Positions 36,529 to 45,796 are shown, counted from the stretch's first letter. The stretch: DNA of 49,789 bases from Armatimonadota bacterium (GCA_036504955.1 DASXUI010000430.1:1-49789); one strand, 5' to 3'. Notes: generated from the letters alone by a model not told the origin. Program-made: numbers and translations.

Positions 36529-38025
36529 ATGACCTGGGAACGGCCCTGTGGGCTTTGGAGGACTTGGTGCGCCGCTGAAGGAGTCACGAGACTGGGCGCT
36601 TCGCCACCACACCCGACCGCGCCACCAGCCCCGTCTCTGCTTCTCGCCGTGGCTGCCCTAGCCCTGCCCATGCTTCTGGCTGGGGTACGTCCCGCCGAGG
36701 CCGTCTCCTGGATTACCATGGACGGGCACCCGGAACCAGCGGTACTCACCGTCGGGCAGAATGTCACGGTGCAGGCCGACGTCTCCAGCATCGGCGCCAA
36801 ACTGAACGTGAAGCTCGTGCTGGATGCCAACCGCAACCACGCGGCGGACGTCGGTGAGACCGTCTATGCCCAGGTGACCATGGTGGACGGCGGCTTCGAC
36901 TTCGACCCAGTGCCCAAACAGGTGATCTTCACCTTTACTCCGGAGGACTTCTATCCGGCCGGGCCCTACGTAGTGGTGGCCAAGGACAGCGACGGCAGCG
37001 TCATCACTGCCCAGGCAACCATCCTGCCACGCCCCCAGACGCTAACCCTCAGCGGCAAGGTGGTGGATGCCGCCGGGCAGCCCACCGAGGGAATCGTCTG
37101 GGCTGTGATCCCCGACGTCCCCTCGCACAAGGAGACAGGTACCCTCACACAGCCGGACGGCACCTTCCAGCTCCCTCTCGAGGGGTCCCGCGACTTCGGC
37201 GTGTTCGCGGAATTCGCAGATAAGGTAGACTCAGAGCTCCGGTGGGTCCACACGTCGGACGCCGATGTCCCAGGGCTGAGGCTACAGCTCCGCGACGGCC
37301 TCCCAGTCGCCGGCCAGGTCACGAACCGTAACCTGATTCCCCTGCCGGGAGCCTTGGTAGGCCTCTTCCTGCGAAACGGCCTGCTCCACAGCGTCACCCG
37401 GACCTGGGCCGACGGCAGCTACGTCGCGGCGGGCCCTCCGGGCCAGGTGACAGTACGGCCTCTCCTCCTGATTCCCGATCCCCCGTCCCGAGAGACGGAG
37501 TTGGTGATCCTGGGCGCGCAGAACATGGACTTCCAGGTTAGCTCCTGGGGGCGCCTGCATGGGGCTATCAGCTGCGAGGGCGGGGCCCCGCTGTTCGCCG
37601 CTCCCCGCGTGGTGGTCTCGGCGGCCGGCCAAGACGTCTCCTTCATGGCCGACGATCTGGGTGGGCTATTCGACCTGGCGCTCTCACCGGGGTCCTATGC
37701 GTTCGCCGCCTCGCTGGGTGGCTATGCCTCGGACCCCGCCCAGGAAACCGCGACCGTCGTGGCCGCATCGGACGTGCAGGTTGCGCTCCACCTGAAGCCC
37801 TCCAGTGCCCTGCTGGGCGACGCCAACGGCAATGGCCGCGTGGAGGTCAGCGATGTCATCCTGCTGATGGGGATCCTGCTCGGCCTCTCGCCACTGACCT
37901 ACCAAGCCCTCGAGGCAGGCGACCTGGCGCCCAAGGTCGGCACCGCCGGCAAGCCCCAGGGCGACGGCCGCATCAGCATCGCGGATGTCACTCTACTCCT
38001 ACGCCAGGTCGCCGGCCTGCCGTAG
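36529..38025 (+). CDS. Secreted protein with carboxypeptidase-regulatory-like (prealbumin-fold) repeats and a C-terminal dockerin-like domain (start uncertain)
   Basis: Hydrophobic signal LLLAVAALALPMLLAGVRPAEA; LSGKVVDAAGQP...TQPDGTFQL and VAGQVT...PLPGA.V...T.ADGSY; GDANGNGRVEVSDV...GD...GDGRISIADVTLLLR. Confidence 0.8.
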   Translation: MTWERPCGLWRTWCAAEGVTRLGASPPHPTAPPAPSLLLAVAALALPMLLAGVRPAEAVSWITMDGHPEPAVLTVGQNVTVQADVSSIGAKLNVKLVLDANRNHAADVGETVYAQVTMVDGGFDFDPVPKQVIFTFTPEDFYPAGPYVVVAKDSDGSVITAQATILPRPQTLTLSGKVVDAAGQPTEGIVWAVIPDVPSHKETGTLTQPDGTFQLPLEGSRDFGVFAEFADKVDSELRWVHTSDADVPGLRLQLRDGLPVAGQVTNRNLIPLPGALVGLFLRNGLLHSVTRTWADGSYVAAGPPGQVTVRPLLLIPDPPSRETELVILGAQNMDFQVSSWGRLHGAISCEGGAPLFAAPRVVVSAAGQDVSFMADDLGGLFDLALSPGSYAFAASLGGYASDPAQETATVVAASDVQVALHLKPSSALLGDANGNGRVEVSDVILLMGILLGLSPLTYQALEAGDLAPKVGTAGKPQGDGRISIADVTLLLRQVAGLP

Positions 38026-38225
38026 CCTTGGCGCCAGGGATGCCATCCCTGGCTGACGCAGAGGCGCCCCTTCGGGGCTCAAACCAGCTTGCGGCGCTCC
38101 CGGATCTGGGCCGTCCACGGCCCGCATCAACCCCGGAGGGGCGCCTCTACGTCAGCCGTGGGTGACACCCACGGCGCCGGGCGCCGGGCGCCGCCCCGTC
38201 CGCTCTCAGGCACCCCCATATCACC

Positions 38226-38294
38226 CTGGAGGCCCCGCCCCTCTCACCCCCTCGCCACTTCGCCTCTTCACCCCCTCATCGCCCCTCAGGCTCC
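38226..38294. repeat. Single-arm modular element overlapping the nth 3' end
   Basis: Reverse complement GGGAGCCTGAG-GGGCGATGA-GGGGGTGA-AGAGGCGA-AGTGGCGA-GGGGGTGA-GAGGGGC-GGGGCCTCCAG matches the 23765-23809 pattern. Confidence 0.7.
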
Positions 38295-39028
38295 CGCATG
38301 CCCAGAAGCCCCTGCCCGTGGGGGCAGACCTGTAGCAGCGGGCACTGGGGGCACTCCGGTCGCTGGGCGTGACAGACCTGGCGGCCATGACGGATGAGGT
38401 TGATGTGGAAGGGGTAGAGATCCTCCGCCGGCAGCAGTTCATTGAGCACCACGTGGGCGTCATCGGCGGAGGTGGTGGGGCCGATCAGCCCAAGCCGCTT
38501 GCTGATCCGGTGCACATGTGTGTCCACCGGCATGTAGGGGCGCCCAAGGGAGAACATCAGCACGCAGGCAGCAGTCTTGGGCCCCACACCGTGCATAGAG
38601 GTAAGATAAGCCAGCACCTCGTCGGTCGGGAGTTGCGCCATCCGGTCCAGGGAGAGCCGCCCCTCCCTGGCCTCGATCTCCGCCAGCGCCGCCTGGATTC
38701 GGGGCCCCTTCTGGTTTGCCAGGCCGCAGGACCGCACCGCGTCGATAACGTCGGCGGCCGGCGCCTCAAGCACCTGCTCCCAGGTCGGGAACCGCTCACG
38801 AAGCGTATCGAAGGCCTTGCCGCTGTTCACATCCGAGGTGTGTTGGGATAGAATGGTCAGCACCAACTCCTCCAGAGCAAGAAGGCGCTGGTGCCAGACC
38901 GGGCGGCCATAGGCCTCGTCCAGCAGCTCCATCACGCGGCGCGCCTGCTGCTCCGGGTCCACCTCCGACCGGCGAGCGGCTTCATCCACGCCAGAGGCTG
39001 CACCCCCCTTGGTCGGGGACCGCCTCAA
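38276..39028 (-). CDS. nth: Endonuclease III family HhH-GPD DNA glycosylase (start uncertain)
   Basis: ELV.TILSQHTSD, HhH MHGVGPKTAACVL, PVDTHV.R...RLG and the 4Fe-4S motif CHAQRPECPQCPLLQVC. Confidence 0.92.
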   Translation of the reverse strand: MRRSPTKGGAASGVDEAARRSEVDPEQQARRVMELLDEAYGRPVWHQRLLALEELVLTILSQHTSDVNSGKAFDTLRERFPTWEQVLEAPAADVIDAVRSCGLANQKGPRIQAALAEIEAREGRLSLDRMAQLPTDEVLAYLTSMHGVGPKTAACVLMFSLGRPYMPVDTHVHRISKRLGLIGPTTSADDAHVVLNELLPAEDLYPFHINLIRHGRQVCHAQRPECPQCPLLQVCPHGQGLLGMREPEGR

Positions 39029-39534
39029 GCGTTGCGTCCCTGCTCGACGAAGTTGATCTGCAGGTCAGCCAGCCGGTGTCGAAGCTCCCTTCGGACGGTC
39101 TCGTCCAGCAGCGGCGCCACGCGATCGACCATAAACTGGACGCAGTCGATCGCCAGCTTCGCCTTGGGCATCTCCTTCTCGATCCTGCCGGTTCGCGGGT
39201 TGGCGGTCAGACCCATCAGCCACCAGGCCTGACTGGCGAGCATCTGCACCATGGAGACGATTAGCACCGGAAGGTCAGGCGCCAGAAGCTCCGGCGGAAT
39301 CTGGAAGTTGCCTTCGCCAGCCTCCTTGTCTGCGGCCTCCGGCGGCTCGGCGGGCTCCTCGTCGGGCTGCGACGAGACTTCCGCCTCGCCGGCAGACTGA
39401 GTCGGCTCTGCGGCGGGCTCCGGAACGTCGCCGGCGGGCCGCGACACCTCTTCAGCAGGCTGACCGGCTTCGCCCGGAGTAGTGCTTACCTTACGCTTGT
39501 CGATGACTTCGTAGCTATCTTCTGCCAAGGCCAT
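39025..39534 (-). CDS. DUF1844-like protein with an acidic N-terminal extension
   Basis: VIDKRK N-terminus; LASQAW..MG...NP.TG......AKLAID....L..L.DLQ.NFV pattern. Confidence 0.75.
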   Translation of the reverse strand: MALAEDSYEVIDKRKVSTTPGEAGQPAEEVSRPAGDVPEPAAEPTQSAGEAEVSSQPDEEPAEPPEAADKEAGEGNFQIPPELLAPDLPVLIVSMVQMLASQAWWLMGLTANPRTGRIEKEMPKAKLAIDCVQFMVDRVAPLLDETVRRELRHRLADLQINFVEQGRNA

Positions 39535-39548
39535 TACCTCCGGCGTCC

Positions 39549-39577
39549 ATTATAGGGCTCGCCAGAAGGCACAGCAA
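39549..39577 (-). promoter_or_regulatory. Sigma70 promoter for the DUF1844-nth pair
   Basis: Minus strand TTGCTG-N17-TATAAT immediately upstream of the GGAGG RBS. Confidence 0.7.
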
Positions 39578-39691
39578 CACCATCACACCGCAGGAGTCCC
39601 TCCCCCGCGCGTCTCGCGGAAGAAGCGGCGGGGCCAACCGTGTTACATACTGCGAAGGGCCCCAACGGGCGTCCGAAGGAGGAACAGCAGA

Positions 39692-40330
39692 TTGCAGGAA
39701 TGGGACGCGAAGTACGAGAAGTGCCCGGGGTTCTTTGGCGAGGACCCCAACCCCCTGACCGAGGAGTTCGCCCGACTGGTCCGTGTCCGGATGACCCTCA
39801 ACATGGTACTGGACCTTGGCTGCGGACCCGGCCGAGACAGCCTCTACCTGGCGGCGCAGGGACTGGAGGTCACGGCGATGGACGCCTCGGAGAGGGCCAT
39901 CGAGCTGCTTCAGGCCAAGCTGGAGGACTCTGACCTCCTGACCCTATGCCAACCGGTCAGAGCCGACGCCACCGAGGGGCTGCCCTTCTCCGACGACTTC
40001 TTCCAGGGCATCTTCGCATACCTGTTCCTCAACACCGAGATGAGCGAGGCCGACCTGGGGTACGTGCTGCGTGAGATCCACCGCAGTCTGGAGCCAGGCG
40101 GCTTGTTCGTCGGCTCCGTGCGCTCCGCCACGGACTCCGAATGCGGCCAGGGCGAACAGCTCGGGCCAGACATGTACCGCCCGGGCAGCATCGCCGTCCG
40201 CTTCTTCACGGAGGAGAGCCTCCGTGACTGGCTCCAAGACTTCGAGATTGAGCGCCTCGAACCCAAGCAAGTCCCCATTGGCGGCCACACCTTCGACGTC
40301 CTGGAGTTCATCGCGACGAAGGCGGAGTGA
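39692..40330 (+). CDS. Class I SAM-dependent methyltransferase
   Basis: VLDLGCGPGRDSLYLA..G..VTAMDAS, LPFSDD.F and EIHRSLEPGG. AAGGAGG RBS before a TTG start. Confidence 0.9.
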   Translation: MQEWDAKYEKCPGFFGEDPNPLTEEFARLVRVRMTLNMVLDLGCGPGRDSLYLAAQGLEVTAMDASERAIELLQAKLEDSDLLTLCQPVRADATEGLPFSDDFFQGIFAYLFLNTEMSEADLGYVLREIHRSLEPGGLFVGSVRSATDSECGQGEQLGPDMYRPGSIAVRFFTEESLRDWLQDFEIERLEPKQVPIGGHTFDVLEFIATKAE

Positions 40331-40337
40331 ACTGCCC

Positions 40338-40563
40338 CACCACAGAGGCACAGAGGACACAGAGAAGGGCATGGGGACACGTGGCTCCACAGCCCCTCAC
40401 GCCCCTACCCCCTCTCCCGCGCGACGGGCGAGGGGGCTCGCATGGAGGTTGGTGGCTTCTTTGCAGCCTAGAGCACCCTGTCGTCGCGGGCAGCGGAGTT
40501 GTACCTGAGCCCCCTCGCCCGCCGCGCGGGAGAGGGGGTAGGGGCGTGAGGGGCTGTGGAGCC
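40338..40563. repeat. CACAGAGG module followed by a 57-bp inverted repeat (REP/MITE-like)
   Basis: CACCACAGAGGCACAGAGGACACAGAGAAGGGC, then arms 40383-40439 and 40507-40563, complementary with one mismatch around a 67-nt loop. Confidence 0.9.
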
Positions 40564-40574
40564 CAACCACCCTC

Positions 40575-42128
40575 CTACTGCCCCGCCATGGCCTTGGAGC
40601 GCAAGTAGAGGTCCCTGGCGGAAGCGGTGTTGGCGCGGCCGAGGGAGCGGAGGGCCTCCTGGGACAGGGCGTACGCACGCTGGTAGTCCCCACGACGCAG
40701 GGCGTCCCAGCCGGCCTCCTGGCAGGCCAGGCCGTAGTCCACGCGCGCCCGGGTGACGGCGTCCGGGAGCGACTGACCCCGGTGCTGCTCGAGGATGGCC
40801 TGTGCCTGCTCGCGGGCCTCTTGGGCCACCGAGACCTGGCCCTGGCGCGCCCAGACTCCCGCCTGCCGGTAGCGTGCCGCCGCCTGCGACTGCCATCCGG
40901 GACGCAGGTACGTCCATCCCACTAGGAAGCCCAGAGCAGCCGTGACCAGCACGGCGACCGCGCGGCTGGGCAGCTTCACCGTGGGCATCTGGCGCTGGCG
41001 GGTGAGGGCCTTCAGCACCTGCGCGTCCGTGGCGAACCGGTCGTCCGGATCAGGGGATCTGAGGCGGTCGATGGCGTCGCAGAGCCCCTTGGGGAGGTCG
41101 CGCCGAAAGAAGCGGACACCCAACTGGGGGTCGGGCCGCCCCTGCGCGAGGGCATCCATGCGCGCGGGCGCCTCCAGGAAGGCCTCAAGCCCATTCGGGA
41201 GGCGTGTCCGGGGCTGTACCCCCCACGCGGCGCAGTGCAGCAGAGCTCCCAGGTAGTACTGGTCTATTCGCGCGTCCCTGGGCAGGTTCGCGAAGCGGCG
41301 GTAGAGCTCCGGTGGGGCGTAGCGAGGCGTGAAGGTCGCGGGATCCTCGGCCACTTGCGACAGCGGCAGCGACGACTCCAGATCGACGACCACGGGGTAC
41401 AGGCCCGGCTTCGCGCTTCCGCGTCCTCGGCGCTCCCCCGGCTCCTCGCAGATGATGACGTTAGAGGGCGACAGGTCACGGTGTACGAGGCCGTTCTCAT
41501 GCAGGTAGGCGGCGGCGTCCGCCAACGCCCGCCCAAGGAACACGAGATCCCGAGCATCGACGCCCTGCCCCGGTCTGTCCCCGGCGGCCAGCATGGACTC
41601 CAGAGTCTTGCCCTCCACGTAGTCGCGAAGCACGTAGTGCCGGGGGCCATCCGTCCAGTAGCCGTAGGTGCGCGCCAGATGCGGATGGTCCAGCGCCCGT
41701 AGCCGCTCACTCATCTCCGCCAGCCGCGCGATGCGAGCGTGGGAGGTCTGGCCGCTGCGGTCCCGGCACCCCTCCACCGCCTCCTTGAGCGTCAGCCATT
41801 CCGGCGCGGGCGTCTTGTAGAGGTCGCGGAACTCCTTTCGGGCCAGCAGCTCCACCTTGTAGACGGTTGTTGCCTCGTTGGGCTGACCCAGGCAGCCCTC
41901 CACTCTGAGGGTGAGGGGGCCGAGGTGGATGGGCTGGTTTCGGCGGTGGACAGCGTAGGTGTGGCCACCGTCATGCTGCAGGTAGCTCAGGCGGGTGCCG
42001 CAGCCGGGGTTGGGACAGAACTCCAGAGCCGGCCCCTCCAGCGACCGGCCGCAGCCGGGGCATAGCAGAGGGCCATCGCCCGGCCCACCGGGAACCGTAT
42101 CCCCCAGCTTGGGCAGAAACCAGCTCAC
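40575..42128 (-). CDS. Membrane Hanks-type Ser/Thr kinase with an N-terminal zinc ribbon and a C-terminal TPR-like ectodomain
   Basis: CPGC...CPNPGC; LKE, LDHPHL, DYVEG.TL, YLH...VHRDLSPSN, DLE, FTP.YAPPE and D.Y.LG; one TM, then helical repeats. GTGA overlap with the phosphatase gene. Confidence 0.9.
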   Translation of the reverse strand: MSWFLPKLGDTVPGGPGDGPLLCPGCGRSLEGPALEFCPNPGCGTRLSYLQHDGGHTYAVHRRNQPIHLGPLTLRVEGCLGQPNEATTVYKVELLARKEFRDLYKTPAPEWLTLKEAVEGCRDRSGQTSHARIARLAEMSERLRALDHPHLARTYGYWTDGPRHYVLRDYVEGKTLESMLAAGDRPGQGVDARDLVFLGRALADAAAYLHENGLVHRDLSPSNVIICEEPGERRGRGSAKPGLYPVVVDLESSLPLSQVAEDPATFTPRYAPPELYRRFANLPRDARIDQYYLGALLHCAAWGVQPRTRLPNGLEAFLEAPARMDALAQGRPDPQLGVRFFRRDLPKGLCDAIDRLRSPDPDDRFATDAQVLKALTRQRQMPTVKLPSRAVAVLVTAALGFLVGWTYLRPGWQSQAAARYRQAGVWARQGQVSVAQEAREQAQAILEQHRGQSLPDAVTRARVDYGLACQEAGWDALRRGDYQRAYALSQEALRSLGRANTASARDLYLRSKAMAGQ

Positions 42129-43594
42129 TGCGCTGAGCTCCTGCCGCGGGTTCCTCGGCGGGCAGGCGCGTCAGTGGAAGGTGGAGCTGGCAGGGAGGTG
42201 ACGATGGCGTAGGGCTTGCCGTCGCCGTCCATCTTGTAGACGGCGACACGCCGCCTCGGCTCGCCACCCTCCTCACCCGGGCGAGCGACGTAGGTCACGA
42301 CGTACTGGTCACCCTGGACCTGCTGCTCGATCAGCCGGACGAAGTCGCCGGGGTACCTTGGCTGGAGGCGGAAGGTCGCCTTCGCCTTCTTCTCCTCGGC
42401 GGGAGGGGCGGTGCCAAGCCAGGTATGTCCCGCCCAGCCCAGCAGCCCGGCGGCCACGCCAACCGCAACGATGAGGATCACGACGTTCTCCAGCGGCATC
42501 CCTCGGCGGCGTCGCCTGGGGCTGAGGGCCCGCACATCCTCCTCCCTGACCTCGCCGCCCTCCAGCCGGGTGACGAGGTAGTCCACCAGCGCCCGGTGGG
42601 CCTCGCGGTCCGGAGACTCGCCTCGCCCGTTCTTGTCCGCGAAGAGCAGCAGCCGGGCATCGGCGAGCTGGCGGGTGAGGCGGTCCACCCGGTCGGCCAG
42701 GTCGCGGAGGGCGGTGTCGGAGCTGGGCGTGTCTGGGACCTGCATCACTGGCATCTCTCCACGGCCGCTAGTCACCTGCGGCTTGGTCCTAGCGGGCCGG
42801 CTCTCGATGGGCTTCCGGGGCGCCTTGGCATCGCCCGACCAGAAGGGCTGGCCCAGGCGACCCACGCGAACCACGAGTAGCGAGGTGTCGTCTCTGGGCG
42901 GCGGGGCCACCCCGTCCCACAGTGCGCGGAGGCGTCCGGCAAGCTCTTCCGCGCCCAACTGACTGAAGCGCGCCACCGCCTGTTCCAACTGCTGGGGGTT
43001 CAGCGGCTCGTAGAAGCCGTCGGAGCAGAGCAGGATGGTGTCGCCCTCCTGGAGTGCCATCGACACCAGCTTGGGGTCGCTAGGGCTGCCCGAGCCCCCC
43101 AGAAGCGCGGTCACGCCACGCGCCCCCCGATGGTCCTCCGAGAGCTGTTTGAGGGCGCCCCCGCGCGAGAGGTAGATGCGCGTATCACCCACGTTGCCGG
43201 CCAGCAGGCGGTCGCCCTGAACGCAGACCGCGGCCAACACCGCCTTGCCGTTGGGAGCTTCCTGGCGCACCCGCGAGTGTGCGGTGTGGAACGCCTTGAT
43301 CAGCAGATCCTCGAAGCCCACGTACCCGTCGCCGTCCTGCTGGATCCGCGCCGCCTTGGCCTCCCACTGCTCCAGGAGCCCATCGGCCACCGCGCGCGCC
43401 GCCGATTGGGCGGCCGCCTGCCCCCCGTCACTCTGAGACACGCCGTCCGCCACCACGCCGATGAGGTCGAAGAGCGTCAGGCCGTTGGGCCTTGGCTCGC
43501 CCTCCACGGATAGAATGCTGTCCTGGTTGCCGGGGCTGGCGGTATGGCGGGCGCCCTCGAGCGACCAGCAGGCTACGTCAAGGATGGCGTTCAC
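42125..43594 (-). CDS. PP2C/PPM-family Ser/Thr phosphatase with a TM helix (PstP-like)
   Basis: NQDS, VVADGV, NVGDTR.Y, QLSEDH, LLCSDG and RDDTS motifs, followed by a linker, TM helix and small outer domain. Confidence 0.9.
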   Translation of the reverse strand: MNAILDVACWSLEGARHTASPGNQDSILSVEGEPRPNGLTLFDLIGVVADGVSQSDGGQAAAQSAARAVADGLLEQWEAKAARIQQDGDGYVGFEDLLIKAFHTAHSRVRQEAPNGKAVLAAVCVQGDRLLAGNVGDTRIYLSRGGALKQLSEDHRGARGVTALLGGSGSPSDPKLVSMALQEGDTILLCSDGFYEPLNPQQLEQAVARFSQLGAEELAGRLRALWDGVAPPPRDDTSLLVVRVGRLGQPFWSGDAKAPRKPIESRPARTKPQVTSGRGEMPVMQVPDTPSSDTALRDLADRVDRLTRQLADARLLLFADKNGRGESPDREAHRALVDYLVTRLEGGEVREEDVRALSPRRRRRGMPLENVVILIVAVGVAAGLLGWAGHTWLGTAPPAEEKKAKATFRLQPRYPGDFVRLIEQQVQGDQYVVTYVARPGEEGGEPRRRVAVYKMDGDGKPYAIVTSLPAPPSTDAPARRGTRGRSSAQ

Positions 43595-44202
43595 GCCTCG
43601 CTCCCTTCGGACGACGCGGCGCGCTGGGCCGCGCGCGCCGCTGAGGATGCGTCATCGCCCGCATACACTGGAGCTACCGGCGTTGCGCCTGACCGGTGAG
43701 CCCTCCAGGACAGGGCGCAGCCTCCAAGCTCCAGCACCCCTTCGGAGAGCCAGGGAATCCACTGCCGAGGCGCCACGGGCCTCTCCTGCCCGGAGACGAG
43801 GTACCTGGGCGGTCCCGTCGAGTCCAGCGCGCGGAACCACGGCTGCCCCTGCTGCCACCGAACGGCCAGACTGCGGAAGGCGACGTCTCCTTCCAGCACG
43901 GGGTCCTCGGCGGCGCCAAGCGTGATCTCCGACGATCCGTAGAGCGACCGGGCGTGGACAGCCTCGCCGTCTCGCGTGAAGATGACCTCGGCGACCGGAG
44001 GCGCGAGGTCCGCCGCCAAGGAGGCAGCCAACCCGGCAGCCTGGTCTCGCGTGACCGCCGGCTGGGCCTCCTCCGACCAGTCCTCCAGCGCCTCCGCGCG
44101 GGGGGCGTCACGCACCCCCAACAGGTCCAGCGCCATCGCGACAAGCGCCGCCGCCAGCAGTAGAATCAGGAGTATCGATACCGCGATGTTCAGGAAGGCC
44201 AT
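43591..44202 (-). CDS. FhaB-like membrane protein with a degenerate FHA domain
   Basis: N-terminal TM ending ..DL, linker, then EITLG...W....DST...G.LELGG..L, which follows FHA strand spacing. Sits between an FHA gene and PP2C. Confidence 0.6.
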   Translation of the reverse strand: MAFLNIAVSILLILLLAAALVAMALDLLGVRDAPRAEALEDWSEEAQPAVTRDQAAGLAASLAADLAPPVAEVIFTRDGEAVHARSLYGSSEITLGAAEDPVLEGDVAFRSLAVRWQQGQPWFRALDSTGPPRYLVSGQERPVAPRQWIPWLSEGVLELGGCALSWRAHRSGATPVAPVYAGDDASSAARAAQRAASSEGSEA

Positions 44203-44220
44203 AGGTGGGTGCCGGATAAC

Positions 44221-44263
44221 GGGTGTTGGGTCTAGGGTGCTGGGTGCTGTCTGCCGGGCAGAC
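44221..44263. repeat. Four 7-nt GGGT(G/C)NN units plus a small hairpin
   Basis: GGGTGTT-GGGTCTA-GGGTGCT-GGGTGCT then TGTCTGCC-G-GGCAGACA, between the two FHA genes. Confidence 0.6.
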
Positions 44264-44278
44264 AACGAGGTGAGCGAG

Positions 44279-45613
44279 CTATAGGCCCCGGTGGGCGGAC
44301 ACGGGCTCCCAGCGGAAACGGATGTGGCCGCGAGGGACACCCTCTCCCTCCACCTGAAGGGAGTCTTCGGGCTCGAGGTCGATCTCGCGGCCAACCTCGA
44401 GCGGCGCGCCCTGGAAAGTGGCCTGGACCTCCCGATCCAGCCATTCCAGAGAGACCGTGCCCCAGTTGCGGATCAGCGCGACGGCCTGCTGACGGCGGAA
44501 GCGGGAGTAGTTCGGGTTGTGAGCCACGTAGATGTCGTCACCCGCCGCGTTCAGGCCCAGGTACACGTCGCCGTTGTAGACGATGACCCTTGACGAGGCC
44601 GGGTCGGCTAGCCCATCCGGCCGGTGGAGCGCCTGCACGGGAGTGCTGTAGCCCCATCTCAGTCCCTGGAGGCTGCCGTTCCACCCGAAGGGCGGTACGG
44701 GCTCGCTCACCTGACCATCGCCCGGGCTGAAGAGCATCACCACCGGCTCCCGGCGTCCGGAAGCATCCCCGCTGTTCACGGCGATCAGGTCGCCGGCCTT
44801 AAGCCACAGCTCCCGGTAGTAGTCCTGCTCCTGGGCGCCCCCGCGCTTCTTCAGGTGTATGGCGCGGTCGCCCCTTCGTATCAGGGTGCCATTGGTGCTG
44901 TGATCCACAAGCACGAAGCCGTCCACTCCCGGCTTGTTCTCGAAGTGGATGGAGAAGTGCTGCTTGCTGATCAGGCGCTCGAGGGCGGGGTCCCGCACCG
45001 GCACCACGTTTCCCGAGGCGCCATCAACCCGGAGGCCGAAGGTGAAGCTCGTTTTGAGAGAGTAGGGCTGGACGCCGGCCCCATCGCGCACGAAGAGCTG
45101 GAAGTGCTGGGCGAAGGGCTCCTCGACGGTCCCAAGCAGCTCCGTGGCGCTCAGCCCGCCGGCCAGGTGATCCATGGCCCCTCGGTCCACGCGCCATCGC
45201 ACCTCCAGGCGCTCCAGCGTCGGGTTCGGGCTGCGCTTGACGACCATCTCCTCGACCTGCACCACTCGACCGGGCACTACCAGCCCCCGCTCCTCCGCCC
45301 ACTGGGTAAGGCCTCGCGATAGGTCGTCCCCAATGGCGTCCTTCTCCTCCTCCACCTGAAGGCCGCGCGCCGGGGTGGCAAGGTAGAGCGCGAAGGAGAG
45401 GAGGTTCGCGGTCTCACCCTCCGAGCCGCGCGAGCGGGACCTCGAGGAGCGCTTCAGGGCCTCCTCCGCCAAGTCCTCCAGCCAGGAGTAGAGCGACTCC
45501 GTGTTCAGGTCCTGGGCGGCGAACTGGTAGGTGCCGCTGGAATGCGTCCAGGACCGGGTGGGCTGCACGAAGCGGCGCCGCAACCCCTCCAGGAGCTTGT
45601 TCCTCTGCGCCAT
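44279..45613 (-). CDS. FhaA-like protein (DUF3662-like N-terminus + FHA domain + second beta domain)
   Basis: FHA motifs FGLR, ISKQH, LVDHSTNGT and L.AGDLI. N-terminal ...DDLSRGLTQWAEERG....G.V.V resembles FhaA DUF3662. AAGGAG RBS. Confidence 0.82.
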   Translation of the reverse strand: MAQRNKLLEGLRRRFVQPTRSWTHSSGTYQFAAQDLNTESLYSWLEDLAEEALKRSSRSRSRGSEGETANLLSFALYLATPARGLQVEEEKDAIGDDLSRGLTQWAEERGLVVPGRVVQVEEMVVKRSPNPTLERLEVRWRVDRGAMDHLAGGLSATELLGTVEEPFAQHFQLFVRDGAGVQPYSLKTSFTFGLRVDGASGNVVPVRDPALERLISKQHFSIHFENKPGVDGFVLVDHSTNGTLIRRGDRAIHLKKRGGAQEQDYYRELWLKAGDLIAVNSGDASGRREPVVMLFSPGDGQVSEPVPPFGWNGSLQGLRWGYSTPVQALHRPDGLADPASSRVIVYNGDVYLGLNAAGDDIYVAHNPNYSRFRRQQAVALIRNWGTVSLEWLDREVQATFQGAPLEVGREIDLEPEDSLQVEGEGVPRGHIRFRWEPVSAHRGL

Positions 45614-45733
45614 CTGCACCCACTCCTTCCTGGCCCACACCATGCACGACGCGCCTGCGCCCCGGGCATGGCGCGGGCCCACACACGCTCACGTGAATCG
45701 GCAGGCTAGGCCTGCGGCCCCCACCCCACGGCC

Positions 45734-45762
45734 ATTGTAGGCCCCACCCCCCACACAAGCAA
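45734..45762 (-). promoter_or_regulatory. Sigma70 promoter for the fhaA-fhaB-PP2C-kinase operon
   Basis: Minus strand TTGCTT-N17-TACAAT about 120 nt upstream of the fhaA-like ATG. Confidence 0.7.
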
Positions 45763-45796
45763 CTGAACCGTGGGCCCCAGGGCGTACAGCCGGTTT

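Noticed and set aside
23960-39028. maf, mpg and nth as a dedicated DNA-repair or defence island
   Set aside because: These are ordinary housekeeping genes, dispersed among unrelated genes, with no mobility or defence markers.
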